Source: Vitrella brassicaformis CCMP3155
Lineage: Eukaryota; Protista; Chromerida
NCBI GenBank assembly: GCA_001179505.1
Contig: CDMY01000342.1
Coordinates: 1 to 64,000 of the forward strand
Reading direction: 5' to 3'
Length of the DNA: 64,000 nucleotides
Made by a program: the position numbers and the translations under genes. Shown here in pieces: positions 1 to 13,786 of this stretch. Each line of letters starts with the position of its first letter. The first letter of the stretch is position 1. The notes beneath the pieces are model-generated. The model saw nothing but the letters and a program-made list of their open reading frames with translations. It was not told the origin of the DNA and searched no databases.

Positions 1-696
1 GTGTCTGTGTGGACTCGCTGCGCTGCACTCACCGCACTCGTTGTGTCGCTCGCAGAAGGCGCGAATCTCACCCAACACCGACAACTGAAACATCACGCCA
101 CACACATCCATCCATCCATCCGTTGTGTGCACCTGTTGGCCGTCGTCGAGCGCATCGACCGGCGCCATCGCAGCGTCGTCGTCTAAGTGACACACACACA
201 TTTATCCAATGACACACGTGGGTGTGGTGTGCGCCAGATCTCTCTCTGTCTCGTCTGTCTGGCACACCTGCGGCCGGCTGCTGCTGTCCGTGGTCATTGG
301 CCTCCTCGTGCTGCCCCTGCTGGTCGTTGTGGTCGCCATGGATGTCGCCATGGTGGCTGGCGTGTGGGTGCGGCTGCTGGATGGCGTGGATGCCGTCGTC
401 ACACGCCGTCTTGACCTTGAGTGTCATCTGGTGGTGCTGTGTGTCGATGCCGCCACAGGCGCACTCGAGCGGAATCTCGTTGTAGTGAGCCGACGGGTTC
501 GATGGGTCGGTGGGGATGAAAGGCCTGAAGTGCTTCGGCTCGTAAGTGGCAGACATCCGCTCGTCGTAGTACCTGCAGTCAGAGCAGCCAACATGCCATG
601 CCAGGGAAACAGACAGACAGTGAGGCGGATGGGCAGTGGCCATTCAGTCTGTCAGCTGCTTACATCATCTTCATGGTCAGATAGCGGTCATCTGCA

Positions 697-734
<38 letters not shown>

Positions 735-1792
735 CAGGGATGATGAGCATCTGTCTCATCTTGTGTGTGTGTGGATGGGCCTGGCCTGCCTGGCAGCGGG
801 CTGAGCTCCTCTAAAGACACACAGGCACACAGACAGACAGACAGACAGACAGACAGAGGGGATGGATGTCGGTGTGTGTGGTGCCTGTGCTGAGTGGCTG
901 CCTTGACTGACTTACGTGTGAGGAAGATGAGGTTCTGGAGCATCGATGTGGTCTGTTTCTTGGCCTCCTCCTTGGACACTCCCCCACTGTGTGCCCCCGT
1001 CGCCTGGTGCCTCACCACACTCGCACTCGCACTCGGCTGTGCCTGTGGGTGGCCGTTGTCGCGCTCCACGTCCACACTCACACCGTTGTCGTACGCAAAC
1101 TGCACAAACAACACACAGAGAGAGATGGGCGTGGTGTGGTTTGGTGAGTGTCTCTCTGTGTGTGTGTCTGTGTGCCTTGAAGTGGTAGGACTCGAGCAGC
1201 GCGTCCGTCAACGAGTCATGGATGCCGAAGATCAACATACTGATTGCACCGCCACATCCATCCATCCATCCACAAGACACAGCACAAGACACACACACGA
1301 GTGCATCCCTCCCTCCCTGCCTGTGTGTGTGGCTGACCGGAGGCACTTCTTGTCGATGGCGTCGAACACACCATCCTCGAGCCACGCGTGCAGCTTCGCC
1401 GCCTCGCTGTGCTCGTCCTTGGGCCGCAAAATCTTCAACGGCAACTCACCTGCACAACACAGACAACACGCAGCCACAACACAAACAGAGAGAGACATGC
1501 ACTTGTGTCGCCTCTCTCACTGATGGTCTTCTCCTCGAAGCAGTCCTCGGGGAAGAGATTGCGAATGTAGGCGATGCTCGAGAGGCTCGTGCGGAGGGCA
1601 TTGCGGATCACTGAAAGAAAGATATTAGACAACACAGGTACAGGCGGGAGTGACCACGTGTGCGTGGCCGGGTGATTGTGTGATCGTGTGGTGGGTGATT
1701 GTGTGCCGACTGCATAGCGATTGCGTGCCGCTGATGGTGGCGGACGTCTGCTGGGTGGCCTGGGCCGGGCGGACCGCCTGAGCCGTTGCCAT
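1..1792 (-). CDS. HOP1: HORMA-domain meiotic axis protein (Hop1/HORMAD-like), multi-exon, 3' end runs off the window
   Basis: Spliced translation MATAQAVRPAQ...QSLCMIRNALRTSLSSIAYIRNLFPEDCFEEK...LKILRPKDEHSEAAKLHAWLEDGVFDAIDKK...TTSMLQNLIFLTRK...YYDERMSATYEPKHF follows HORMA motifs (ITYLRGIFP, VKIL, YYDE..P..YQP). ATG at 1792. Confidence 0.85.
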
Positions 1793-2156
1793 TCTCACTC
1801 ACTCACTCACTCACGTTGTCAATGCGACGCGACAAGAGGAGAAAGCCAATCAATCAATCAATCACTGATCACTGATCACTGAATGAATGAATGAATCGGT
1901 GCTGAGAGAGACACACAGACACTGCTGTCGCTCTTTTTGCAAAATCGATCGAATTAATGCGTTAGAGACATTGACGTAATACAGTACGTATGCGATTCAT
2001 CTAACGAATTCCCGATCGATCGTCCGTTGGTTCACTTTCCTCCGTGTTGTGTCTGTCTGTCTGTCTGTCTGTCGCTGTTCGTCACTTGTCTGTCTGTCAG
2101 TCCATGGACGCTGGCCACTGGGTCTCTGTCTGTCTGTCGGGCACTCCTTCGAAGGC

Positions 2157-4686
2157 TCACGTGTCGAGCTGGCTCTTGGGTGAGAAGAGGTGCAGCAGAA
2201 ACAGGCAGTAGAGGTGGAGGAAAGCGACGTACACATAAAACACCAGCCGGATGGGCGGACTCACGAACAACAGACGCGTGAACGACCTGCACTCACACAC
2301 CCCCATGCGCACCGACGACATCACATGCACAGCATACCACTCACGCGCTGTGGCAGCCACACGCACCTGAGAGGCTGGTCCACCTTGTGGACGAACTTCA
2401 TGACCGTCTCGGCCTCCTCCCCCTCTGGTGCCGCGCCAGCCCCGGCCGTGCCCCGCGCCCGGATGTTCTCACCTGCACCACACACATAGACGTTCACACA
2501 GGTGTGTGGCTGTGAGGGGGTTGTGTGGATGATGCCCACCTCTTTCCATATCTGAGTCGGCGGCCATGTCCTGCCGAAGCTGCTGCAGCTCATACCTCTG
2601 GGTCGTCCGCTCACACACCAGAGTCTGCACACCGCAACACGCCTTGCAATGATGCTCACATCTCCCTCCCACCCTCCCCACGCACCTCTATTCGCTTGTC
2701 CTTCTCGTCGATGCGTCGCTTCAAGTAGTTGATCTCCTCCCTGTACCGCCTCTCCGCCTCCTCCATGACCTGGGAGGGCACCTGGGCCGCGTGTGGTTGG
2801 CGCTGGGCTGTGTCCGCCGTGGTCTGCTCGGAGAGCCGCCTGACGCGCTCCTGGAGCTTGGCGTTGTCATCCTTGAGGTGGGCCACTTCCTGCCGATACA
2901 TGTCGTTCTCCTTTTTGAAAAGGTCGCTGATGTAGCGCGCCTCGGACAGCTCCTGCTCTGTTGTCCTGACAAAACAAACGCACCAGTGCATGCAATGCCC
3001 ACACAGAGAGAGAGATGGACACACTGTGCTCTGTCTGTGTTGGGGTGCGGGTCGGGTGGAGTGGGTGGGTGGCTGACTTGACTTACTTGAGTCGGTCTTG
3101 GAGTGAGAGCAGCTGCCGGTGTGAGCTGTCTTGTTCGCTGACCGACTGTTTCCTGCTGCTGGCCATGTCGTCGAACCGGCGCTGGACGGCTGTCAACTCA
3201 CCCCCAATCTGACACCCACCCACCATGCAGGAAGCACGCAGGCAGACAGAAAGAAATCGGTGCAATGCGGTGCGGTTCTCAGCTTCTCAGCCAGACCACA
3301 CCGACCTCTCCGTATGCCTGCTGGAGGTCGTCGAATTGCGCCTGCAGCTCAGCGCATCTGTCGAGGGCGGCCTGTTTCTCCTGCTCTTGTTTGCTGAGGT
3401 CGGCGCGGAGGCTGGCCTCCGTCTCGACCACGTCGGACTGCAGCTGGTCGAAGCTGGAGAGATGCTGCCGCAGATGCTCCAGCTCCACCCGATGCCGCTC
3501 GCGGTAACGCTCCATCTCGGCGCTGTGTTCGCTCTCACTCTGACCACCGCCACCACAACACAATACACAACACACAACACACAACACACATGGCGGGGAT
3601 GCGTGTGCGTGTGCGTGGGGTGTGCGGCACGAACCTGTTCGTATGCCTGCTGCTTCTCCTGGATAAGCCCTTGGAGGCTGTCTACCTCTCGTCGTGACAT
3701 CAACAGGTCCGCCTGCAAAGACTTGACCTGACACCAGACCAGAGATCAGACACACAATCCGGCAACCAACCAAGCCCGTCGAGCATACTGCATGTGCACG
3801 GACGTCCGTACCTGGTTGTTGGCCTGGTTGAGCTCCTTCCTGTACTGGTCGATCTGTCCGTCCTTGCCCATTAGCAGCGAGTGCAGCTCCTGCTCGATCT
3901 CTGTCTTGACCTGCTCGGTCTCCGCCTCGTGCACCGCCTGCAGTCCATCCATCCATCCATCCAAGTGGAAGGCCACATCTGTTCTCCCCCCATCTGACCT
4001 GTGTCTCCTTCTTGAACTCGAGCATCTCCTTCTCGGCCTGCTTGCGCTGCGCTCGACACGACTCCTCTGCCGCCTCGGCACGCTGAACCGCCGACGCGAG
4101 TTGCTGACGGACGGCGTCCATCTCACCCCTGCACACACACACACACACACACAACACACGTGCGGATGGTTGGCTCATGCGTGTGTGGGTCCGTGTGGTT
4201 GGCTTGGGGCCTTTGTCGTACGTGAGCTGCTGGTTGCCATTCTTCTCTTGCTGCCAGAGGCGTCGCAACTCGGCGTTGTCCTCTGAGGTCGTGTTGAGCT
4301 CACGGTAGGCCTCCTGCACGACACACGACACACACAGACACATGCCAAGATAATGATGGCATTGCAATGTTATGGGAATACCTGGAGCTTGGCCTCCATG
4401 GCACTCTGGTTGTCGCCCATTTGGTCCCTCTGCCGCAATGCCTCCTCAGATTGGTGTGTGAGCTCCTCGATGCGCCTCTGGTGGGCGTCGAGGCCCTCCT
4501 GCAGCGACATGGCCTTCGCCTGAGCAGCGGCCAGCTTGGCCGAGCCAGCGGCCACCTCTCCGTCGAGCTGTGACTGGATTTCCTGCACGCGAGAGGCATG
4601 CTCGGCGGTGAGAGAATCCTGGGCCGCCTGCCAACGAGATAAAGACACAGAGAAACATCGAGCGGTGTGTTTGGTGTGTTTGGAGT

Positions 4687-4718
<32 letters not shown>

Positions 4719-7541
4719 CCAACCAACCGCCCATCCACCGACCTGCATGGCCTGCATGTCCGACGCAGACTTGGCCTCCAGGTCGGCAAGCTGCTTGGCC
4801 AGCGTCTCGTTGAGCGCCTCCTTGTCGTGTTTCTCCGCCTGCAGCCGCTCTATCTGCTGCTGGTAGCTGCAGTTCTCCCGCCTGAGGCCCTCCAGCAGCC
4901 GCCACAGCTGTCGCACGTCCGCCCCCTCCTTGCCAGGCGACGATGGCGCATCGGCGGGTGCGCGAGGGTGGTCTTCGGATGTCTGTGTCTCCATAGCAAC
5001 CTGACACACATACACACACTCACAAGTGGACTGACGGATGGTCAATGAGAGGAGTGAGGCCTCACCCTGGCGGATGGCGAGGTCAGCACGGCGGCGTCCG
5101 TGCCCACAAAAGCAGATGTAGCAGTTGGTGGAGGGAGGGAGGTCTCGGCCGTGGTCGACGCGCTCGGCTGGGCCGGCTCATCCGGACGGATCAATGCATC
5201 GGGTGAATGCTCCTGCTGCTCCTGCTGCTCCTGCTGCTGCTGATGCTGCTGATGCTGCTTCTGCTGATGCTGCTGCTCGCGCGGCTCCTCGAGTGCTGGT
5301 AATGGCTCGTCTGGCACACCCTCTGCCAATGGGGTGAGAGATGCAGCCTGGTGCTGCTGCTGCTGGAGCTGGGGCTCGGTCGACTCCACTGCATCTATTG
5401 GCAGCTGAACATTGGCCGACTCGACAGCTCTCGGTGACAGCCCGCCGCTCTCACCCACGTCGATCAGCGGTGCCTCATCGTGGCTGGGCAGCAGCTGCTC
5501 CGCACCCTCATCGCCGGCTTGCGGTGTTGCGAGGTCATCAATCGACAGGTCCTCCACCCCCCATCCTTCAGAAGCCGCCTGCAATGCCCGCGGCGAGTCC
5601 TCCATGGCACTCCTCGCACTGAGCTCTCGCTCTTGTGTGGTCGTCTCGGGGGCTGGTGGGGATAGGCCATCGGTGTCGCGAGAGACCACCTCAGGCGACA
5701 GCGGGGGCGAGGGCAAGGGCGGCTGGCCGTGGCCTTCAGGTGCCGACTCGCTGGACAGCGGCAATGGCACGTCCATATCCACGTCAGCCATCATCTCTGT
5801 GGGAGGCTGGAGCTTCACGACCGTCCGTGTGATGTGGCTGCCGTCTGCACATGAAGACGAGCTGTTCATGTCCTCCCCTGCGTCAGCGGGTGGCGTCGAG
5901 TCCAGCGCAGCAGAGGCCGGTGCAGAGTGGGCCGCCGCGTTGAGGGCGTTGAGGCTGACAGGCGTGGGCGACACACACGGGGATGCGATCCTGTGGGCCT
6001 CGTCGCTCTCGTTGCTGTTGGTGGCTTCGATCTCCTCACTGTTCTCCGTCGTCACGGAGGGGGAGGGCAGCGCTGCAGCCGGCTCGTGTGGTGGGGAGGC
6101 GTGTGGCGGCTGGCGAGAGCGGTCGGTGTCCTGGCTGCCCAGCGGGCCGCCCGCCTCGCTCGACACTTCCCGGGAAGACTCGGTGAAGACCTGCGATGAT
6201 GGGAGGGGCGGGGAGGAGGTGCCGAAACGGGGAGAGGCGGCTGATGGACCAGCAGGCATCACCTAAGTGAATTGATGAAGGCACACTGTCGATCGAGATG
6301 GTGTACCATCAGTGTGTCTATCGGTTCTTTCCCACCTCACTCACCACGGCAGCAGGCTGCCTCTGCGGTCCGTCGCTGGCCGGCAGCGCCCTGTCGCCCT
6401 CACCCAGCCCGTTCTCCACACCTCCTCCCCCCTCCACAGCCACAGGAGCAGCCACAATCTCGCCACCGCCACCGCCACCACCATCGGCACCACTGCCCGC
6501 ATCGATCGCCTCAGTCGAGTGCCGCATCACCGGGCTGGTCGTCGCCCTCTCCCGCTTCTCACACGGCGACGAGCGGTTGGATCCCGTTTTGCCCACGAGG
6601 AGGAAACTCCCGGACATGGCCCCTCCCTCAGACGGGAGCAGAGAGAACGCCGATGACGGATGCGACGATGAAGACGAGACATTCGAGTGGGACGGCGACA
6701 GCCTCTGTGCCGCAGCGACGGTGGGGGCGGGCAGTGAGGGTGGTGCCGACTCCACTGGTCGGACTGATGGCTCTGGGGCGGCAGATGCGGCCAGTGGTGG
6801 TTTGCCGCTCTCAACAGCGGAAACAGGGCGGTCCACACGAACAGGCTGGTCCGGGCGAGACGCTTGTGGCGGCAGCGGCAGGCGAGGCCGCTTCGGTGCC
6901 TCCTTGCCCGTGTCCGCCAACCCAAACGACTCAAAGAAATCCACCTGCTGCTTCATCCCAGCACCAGGTTGTTGAGTGCCGCCATCTTTGCCGGGGTGGG
7001 TGGATGGGGCCGTGGGTGATGGGGAGGTCTTGGCGCCCTTCTTTGTCATGGGGGTGGCCGATGCCGACTGCGGCGAGTCAGTGGTCATGAGCTCGGAGTG
7101 CAGGTGCGCGACGGCTCCCTTGAAGAAGCTCACGGCTGACGTCATGCCCTCGCCGGCACGGGATGAGGCACCCGCAAACAGGTCACTCACGCCTAACAGA
7201 CAGACAGGCAGGCAGGCAGACAGAGAGATCGACACTCGCAGGCAGGCAGCACTGAGATGGCTACTGGTAGTACCGGCTTTGAGTGCCGCTGCAGATCGTG
7301 CTCCACTGGTCGGCTGCTGCTGCTGCTGCTGAGTAGTGCCCCAGCCCGGCGCAACACCGCTGCGCGGCGAATCCTCCGGGACGTCGTCATCGTCTGCAAC
7401 ACACAGACCAGCGGGTGGGCAGATACACAAGTGCCGAGACTTCCTGGATGTCAGCACACCTTTGTGACGTGTTTCCCTATCCAGCAAGGAGCCGTCGTCC
7501 ACTTTGTCCAACAACGTCTCGATCGACTTCAGGAAGTGCAT
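2157..7541 (-). CDS. Golgin-84-like tail-anchored coiled-coil protein, many exons
   Basis: N-terminus MHFLKSIETLLDKVD resembles the golgin-84 tethering motif; large low-complexity exons at about 6318-7190 and 5060-6262; heptad-rich exons 2300-5000; C-terminal RLLFVSPPIRLVFYVYVAFLHLYCLFLLHLF matches the golgin-84 transmembrane anchor. Confidence 0.7.
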
Positions 7542-7791
7542 ACCGCACCGTGCTGTATGGAGTCAGATTCAACAACACTGACGGCAGAGATCCTTCCCTC
7601 CCTGGCCCTAGGGTTTGGGTTGCAAGGTATGCCAACTTGCCCCCGCAGAACAGGAAGGAGAAGTGCGGTGACTGGAAAAGCATGCCATTTGCTGTGTAGC
7701 TTGCTATTGGGACGCTACACAGCAACCTCGTGTTGCTGCTGGCTCCAAGCAGAGGCTCTGCGATATTACCGCCATCCGTGTGTGACAGACG

Positions 7792-9127
7792 ATGAACGCC
7801 AACCGCCACACGCAGGGCAACCGCTCGCTGACCAGCCGGGCGCAGTCCATCGCGCGCATCCTGCGGGAGCAGCGCGAGATGGCGTCGCACCCGAGCAGCC
7901 ACTGGTACGCGGCGCCCATCGACCTGGACGACCCCTACGAGTGGCACTTCACACTCAAGGGGCCGGATGACACCGACTTCCAGGGCGGCATGTACCACGG
8001 CAGGATACTGCTGCCGCAGGTGCGTGTAACAAGACAGCAGAGTGCGTCGTTGGTTCACTCACTGTTTCTGGTCTGCTTCTTGTCGTGTCTGTCTTGTGCT
8101 GTGGTGATGTCGCGTCGTCAGGACTACCCGTTTTCGCCTCCGTCGCTGTATCTGCTGACGCCCAATGGCCGGTTTGAGGTGGGCAAGAAGATCTGCCTCT
8201 CGGCCTCGTCGTACCACCCGGTCGGTAGACGAACACACACACACACACACGCACACACACACACACACATCGATGGGCGGCCGCCGGATAAATGGATGGG
8301 TGGATGTGCACAGACAGATCCACACGAGAGCAGACGGATGCATTCCTGTGTGTATGTTGTGTGGTGTGTGTTTAGGAGTTGTGGCAGCCGGCCTGGGGCA
8401 TCCGTACCATTCTCGAGGCGCTGAGGGCCTTCTTCCCCACACCGGGGGATGGCGCCATCCGGTCACTGGACTGGGACCCCCACATCAGGCGAAAAATCGC
8501 CAAGGAATCGGGTGAGCGGAGGATAGACGCACACGGCCCTAGAGCTGCGTGTGGATGTTTGTGTGTGGATATGATGTGTGTGCAGGTGGGTGGGTTTGCC
8601 CGGTGTGCAAGAAGAGCAACCGCGAGATCATTGAGAGCAATTGCCCCGCACACGACACCGACACCGAGCGGCCGCCCGCACCGTGCCCCATCAAATTCTC
8701 TCACGAGCAGCAGCCAAACAACAAGAGCAACACCACAGCGGAAATGGCAAATGCCACCACCACCAGCACATTAACCGAGCCAGCAGCCACGGAAGCAGCA
8801 GCGGCACCAGGCCCCTCCCCTGCACTCTCCGCCTCCCCGGCACCACCCACTGGGCCGTCGAGTGGGGGCCACCGGGTGCGTCGGCGGCCGCCGTCGTTGC
8901 ACCGGGGCCCTGTGGTGTGGCAGCTGATCAAGAGCTTCCGCGACAGTGTGCCGCGTACGCGGCTGGACCTGCTGGCGTGCGGGCTGGACTGCCTGATGCT
9001 GTTTCTGCTGGGGTGTGTGGTAGTGCTGCTGATAGAGCTCATGTGGAGCCCACCACTCGCACCCAAGATGGGCAGTGGCCAGAGTGGCGGGGCGGGGGCG
9101 GGGCTGGGCGCAATAGACGAGCTGTGA
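7792..9127 (+). CDS. UBC6: ER-anchored ubiquitin-conjugating enzyme, Ubc6/UBE2J type
   Basis: Exons give YEWHFTLKGPDDTDFQGGMYHGRILLPQ-DYPFSPPSLYLLTPNGRFEVGKKICLSASSYHP-ELWQPAWGIRTIL, then CPVC and a C-terminal hydrophobic anchor LACGLDCLMLFLLGCVVVLLIELM; TGA at 9125-9127. Confidence 0.92.
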
Positions 9128-10457
9128 TTGATGTGCCTGGTGGGTGGATGGGGCTGGTGGTGGGGGAGGTGGGGAGGTGACAGTGAGCCGAGTCAATGAA
9201 TTAAGTGTGGGGTGTGGTGTGGGGGTGCGGTCGGTGTGAGAGAGTGGGGGCATGGATCTATTGCTCGGGTCGTCATGTGCAGAAGTGAGTGAGCGATGGA
9301 CGTGCTGGTGTTCATTGCAATATGGGTCTCGTTCGTTCGTGTGCTATCGACTCTGGAAATTTGTCATGCCGCTGTCGGATCTTGTGCAGCAGCCGTTCAT
9401 ATGATATGCGGCTGTTGTACCATGGTCACCGGCGGCCGTACTGGTTTCCAGAGTCAAAGTGCTGGGCAACGAGCGGTCGATCGATCTCAAGAATGGCCGA
9501 TGCAGCGACGACTTGTCTGCAGATCAGTTCTTCGTGTTTTGTTCTTTTGAGTGTTGCCTGCCGGTTTGGCCACACGTGACTGACGTGTGTGGGTGCGTTT
9601 GACATCGTGACGTGACGTAACGGTCGGTTCATTGTGCTGCGGCTGATGATCGACTTGTGTCCTCGTGTCTCGATACAGATGCACACACCACCTGCGGCCA
9701 TGTGGAAGGGTGCTGGTTGGATGATGGTTTGATGGTCATGACGTTGCCGACTCGATCGGTCGACTCGTTGTGTGTAATGTACAAAACTCTTATTGACTCT
9801 ACACACACGTAAGTACGCACACGCTATGCATGCCAGTGTTTGTCAACAGAAGTAGTGTCTGTCCGCACGCACACACACACGCACACACCGCGCGCACACA
9901 TTCCGTCAGGGGCAGCCAGCGTAGAGACAGGCAGACAGGCAGGCACTTTGCCGCCTCTGCATCCATGGCATCCATCGGACAGACAGAAACGTGCATGCAG
10001 GCCGGAGAAGAAGGAAAACAATACAGCGTTATCCTAGCCATGAGAAAGAGATAGAGACGCACAACACCGCCCGAAAACATGCACCCAGCAAGCCAGCCGG
10101 TGACCCGATTGCTTTCTTATCCACCCACTCGTCTGTCTGTCTGATGTGTGGAAAATATGTACTGTGTGTATGTCTGTGTATCTGTCGGTTGGTACCCCCG
10201 TCAGTCCGTCCTATCGCAGCCTCCCTAGGGAGTCAGTGAGTGTCAGTAGCTAAGCTACTTAAGCAGCCCATCTCGTCCAGCCGTCGTGCCTGTCCTGTAT
10301 AGCCAGCCAACCAACCTATACAGGCGAAAGCATCAACAAAACACCCCTGTATGTTATGATGTATTGTGTTATAAACGAGAAGGCACGCATCCTTACACAC
10401 AAACACACGACATGCACACAAATGCCGCCTCCCCGTCCTTCCTACCCACTACACACA

Positions 10458-13400
10458 TCAGTCATCTCTCTTGCCGCCGCCAAACAGTCCGCCCCTCGGA
10501 GGCCCAACCGCCTTGGCCACAGCCCGGGGCCGACCGCCGCGGCCCTCCCGCTCGCTCTCGGTGTCTTCGTCAGGCACCACCATCTCAGTGGGTGGCATGG
10601 GCAGCTCCTTGGCTTGAGAGCTGTTCACCTGGAGGGCTGAGGCGTCGGTCTCAGGCTGCTCGGCCTGGAGGCGGTCGACGAAGGCCTCGATCTCCGAAGC
10701 CGACGACATGGCGTTGGGACGAGCAGATGAGGATGAAGCGTCTTGGGTGGAAGTGGAAGAGGGCAGGGTGGTGTCGTCATTGCCAGACGAGGGGGCGGCG
10801 AGAGCAGTCACATCACCGTCAGCAGTATCACGCACACTCACAGCCGGACGGGCGGGGGGGGCCTCCTCTTCCGAGAGCCCGCTGCTCGACCGGTCCGGAC
10901 GATCACTCTGAACGATCAATCACACATAACAAAAGACACACGAAGAGAGAGACCACACAGGCAATGAGACACGATGTGACAGCGTGGATATGCACGTGCA
11001 GTGTGTGTGTGGCTCCCCCCTCCCCCTCCGTCCGCTGCGTCTCATCTGCCTGACTAACACTGAACAGAGCAGAGCTACTAAAGTGTCGCGTGAGCGAGGC
11101 CACGAGAGAGGGACGGAGGGGAGGGGCGGCGGATGGGAGGGAGGGAGAGGAAGGGGTGTGGTGCCGTGCTCGTAGTACTAACATACTTTGGATCGGGACG
11201 GCGGGCCGCTGAACAGCTTGTGCTCTCTCTTCTGACGGCTCTCGCGCTTGCTGCTGCTGCTGCTGCTGCTGTCACTGTCGCTGAGCTGCTCGACGTCGGC
11301 ATCGTCAGCATCAGCAGCCGCCGCCAGATCGTCCGCCCCCTCCTCGCCTCCGTCCCTCTCTCGTGAGGCCCTCTTCTCCTCCCTCATGCTGTCTCGCTCC
11401 TCCCGCCTCTCCTCCTTGACCCGCTCCCTGTCCTCGTGGATCTCGCTCAGCGACGGCTTCTCGCCGACGCCCAAGCTGCCCAACTCGGGCCTCTCTGGCC
11501 TGGCTGGTCTCTCTTTGACCTTCCTGTCTTTCTTCTCTCTGTCTGCCCGGGCGGGAGGGGGCGGGGGCAGCTTGGGCAAAAGGCCTCTCTTGTCAGTGTC
11601 GTGCTCACGTTGCAGCCGGCGGACGTCCTCGACAGCACCCTCCTCCATGAAGTACTCCTCACCAGTCGACTCCTCAGCCACGGGGTAGTACTCCTCCTCA
11701 TCGATGCTCTGCGCCTCAGCCGGTGGATCAGCCTCCTCAGCAGTCTCAGCTTCGGGGAGTGTGCTGGCGACCTCCTCGCTGTCGGTAGGCTCCACCTCTG
11801 CCTCTGTGGCAGCAGGCGCCTCAGCGACCTCCTCCTCGACGGGCATGGGCGCGGCCTCTGCGGACTCGCTGTCAGCGGCTGCAGGGGCCGCCTCCACTGG
11901 CTCTTCAACAGGCGCAGACGCGGTTTCCCTGTCGCCCTCTGCCGGAGCGTACGCGGTCTCTGATGTGGGCGGGAGGTCCGTCTTCTTGGGCTCGGGCACG
12001 TGCTCTGTCTTCTTGGGCTCGGGCTCAGGCACCTTCTTGGGCTCAGGCTCGTAGTCCTTCTTGGGCTCGGGCTCAAGGAACTCGTGGTCGTAGCCCTTCT
12101 TGTCGTCAACCGGGTAGGTCTCCTTGCTCTTCTTGGAGCGGGCTTTCTGCACACACAAAGACACACAGACAGAAAGGAGAGAACGAGGGTGGGAGGACGG
12201 CTGTGTCTGTGTGTGTGTGTGTGCGCGTGTGTGTGTGCGCGTGTGTGTGGGTGTGGAGGTATGTAAGTAGGCTGGCTGTTAGAAAATACCAACGGCTACT
12301 AAGGGCTGGCTGACTGAGCAAAAGTTGCGTGAGTGAGTGACTGAGTGAGCTAGCTAAGTAAAACTAAATGGGTAGTACGGTAGGGTATGTAAGTAAGTCT
12401 GACTGACCTTGTAGGTCCTTATAGGCTTGATCTGGTATGTCGTGTGCGTCTCGCCCTCACTTCCTGGCTCGATCATGTACCCCTCTTTGCTATGCTTAGC
12501 AGTCTCTTCCTCGACATGCTTGTACTTCTTGCTAACCTCGCGTTCCTGCCGCTCATGGGCGCGGCGCTGGCGCCTCTCCTCGCGAGCGTGCTCCCGGGCG
12601 TGGTCCCGCTCCTCCTGCTTTGACTTCTTCTTGTCGTAGCCCTTGGACGGGTAAATCTCGTGCTCGGTCTTCTTGTCAAAGGTCGGCTCGTACTCGACGG
12701 GCTCAACGTAGTCCTTCTTGGGCTCAGGCTCGTAGTCCTTCTTGGGCTCAGGCTCAGGCTCCTTGGGAGGCGGCATCGGCTTCTTGGGGGTGGTGGGCGG
12801 CTTCTTGGTATCAGTGGGCGGGGGCTTAGTGGTGGTGGTGGTGGTGGGGCCCGCGTCCTCATCCTGCAGAGGGGCCGCCACAGCCTCAGGCTCGGCCTCC
12901 TCGACCTCCTCGGCCTCCGGGGTCTCTTCGGTCTCCTGCAGGCCGCGCTTGTTGATGTTGTTCATGTTGGCCAGGGCTGCGAGGGCGCCACCGAGGGCAT
13001 CAGCCACGTCACGCTGAACAAGAAACACACACACACAGACAAGGGCAGAGGCAATGTAAGAGGCGACGTGAGGGCCAGAAATGCAGCCACACCATATGGT
13101 GTCCCCGTTCCATCTGTCTGCCCCTTCCCTTCCTGTCTGCCTGTCTACCATCGCCCCTTCCTCCATCTCCTGTGAGCTATCCTCCCTCGAAGAGGCAATT
13201 ACCTCAGCCTGACACACCACCAAGCCACACACAGGAGAATGAGCCAATTGACACATCAAGTGAGTGCAGTGCGCGTGCGAGTGCCCGCCCGCCCACTAAC
13301 CACTTTGACGTCGGCATTCACGACACCTGCACCAGACAGACAGACAAGACAGACAGAACCAACAAGCAACAAGCAACACGCGACAGCGGATGGACGAATG

Positions 13401-13480
13401 ACGCAGCCGACTGAGAGAGATGCGATTGACGTACCGAGGGCGAGAGCCGTCAGGCAGAGGACCGACAGCCAGGCACGCAT
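10458..13480 (-). CDS. Secreted low-complexity protein with EPEPKKDY repeats
   Basis: Spliced signal peptide MRAWLSVLCLTALAL-GVVNA; open GT-AG-flanked exons at about 12408-13015, 11190-12147 and 10458-10910; E/P/K/Y-rich; stop at 10458. Confidence 0.75.
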
Positions 13481-13786
13481 CGTGAATGACAGAGGATGAG
13501 GTGGCGGCGGTGCTGCTGACCACACTCGCTGCTCAACGAAACAGATGTGCTGTGAGTGACTGGAAGTGACGGGAAAAAACAGCAGAAGCGAGAAAAGAGT
13601 CAAAGAACAGCCGATTGAGCGCCGGATATGTCACCCTGTACATGTACGTTGTGCGATTTGTAAACGAAATGCGCCGTTTTGAGGATTAGGGCACGAATGT
13701 TTCACGGATTTCAAAAATTTTGAGTTTGACAGCGCCTGGCTTGAATCAGACAGCCCAAGCGGAGCAACGGGCATCGCATCTTCACC

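Noticed and set aside
9280-10250. Short ORFs on both strands between UBC6 and the secreted protein
   Set aside because: No consistent exon chain or family motif.
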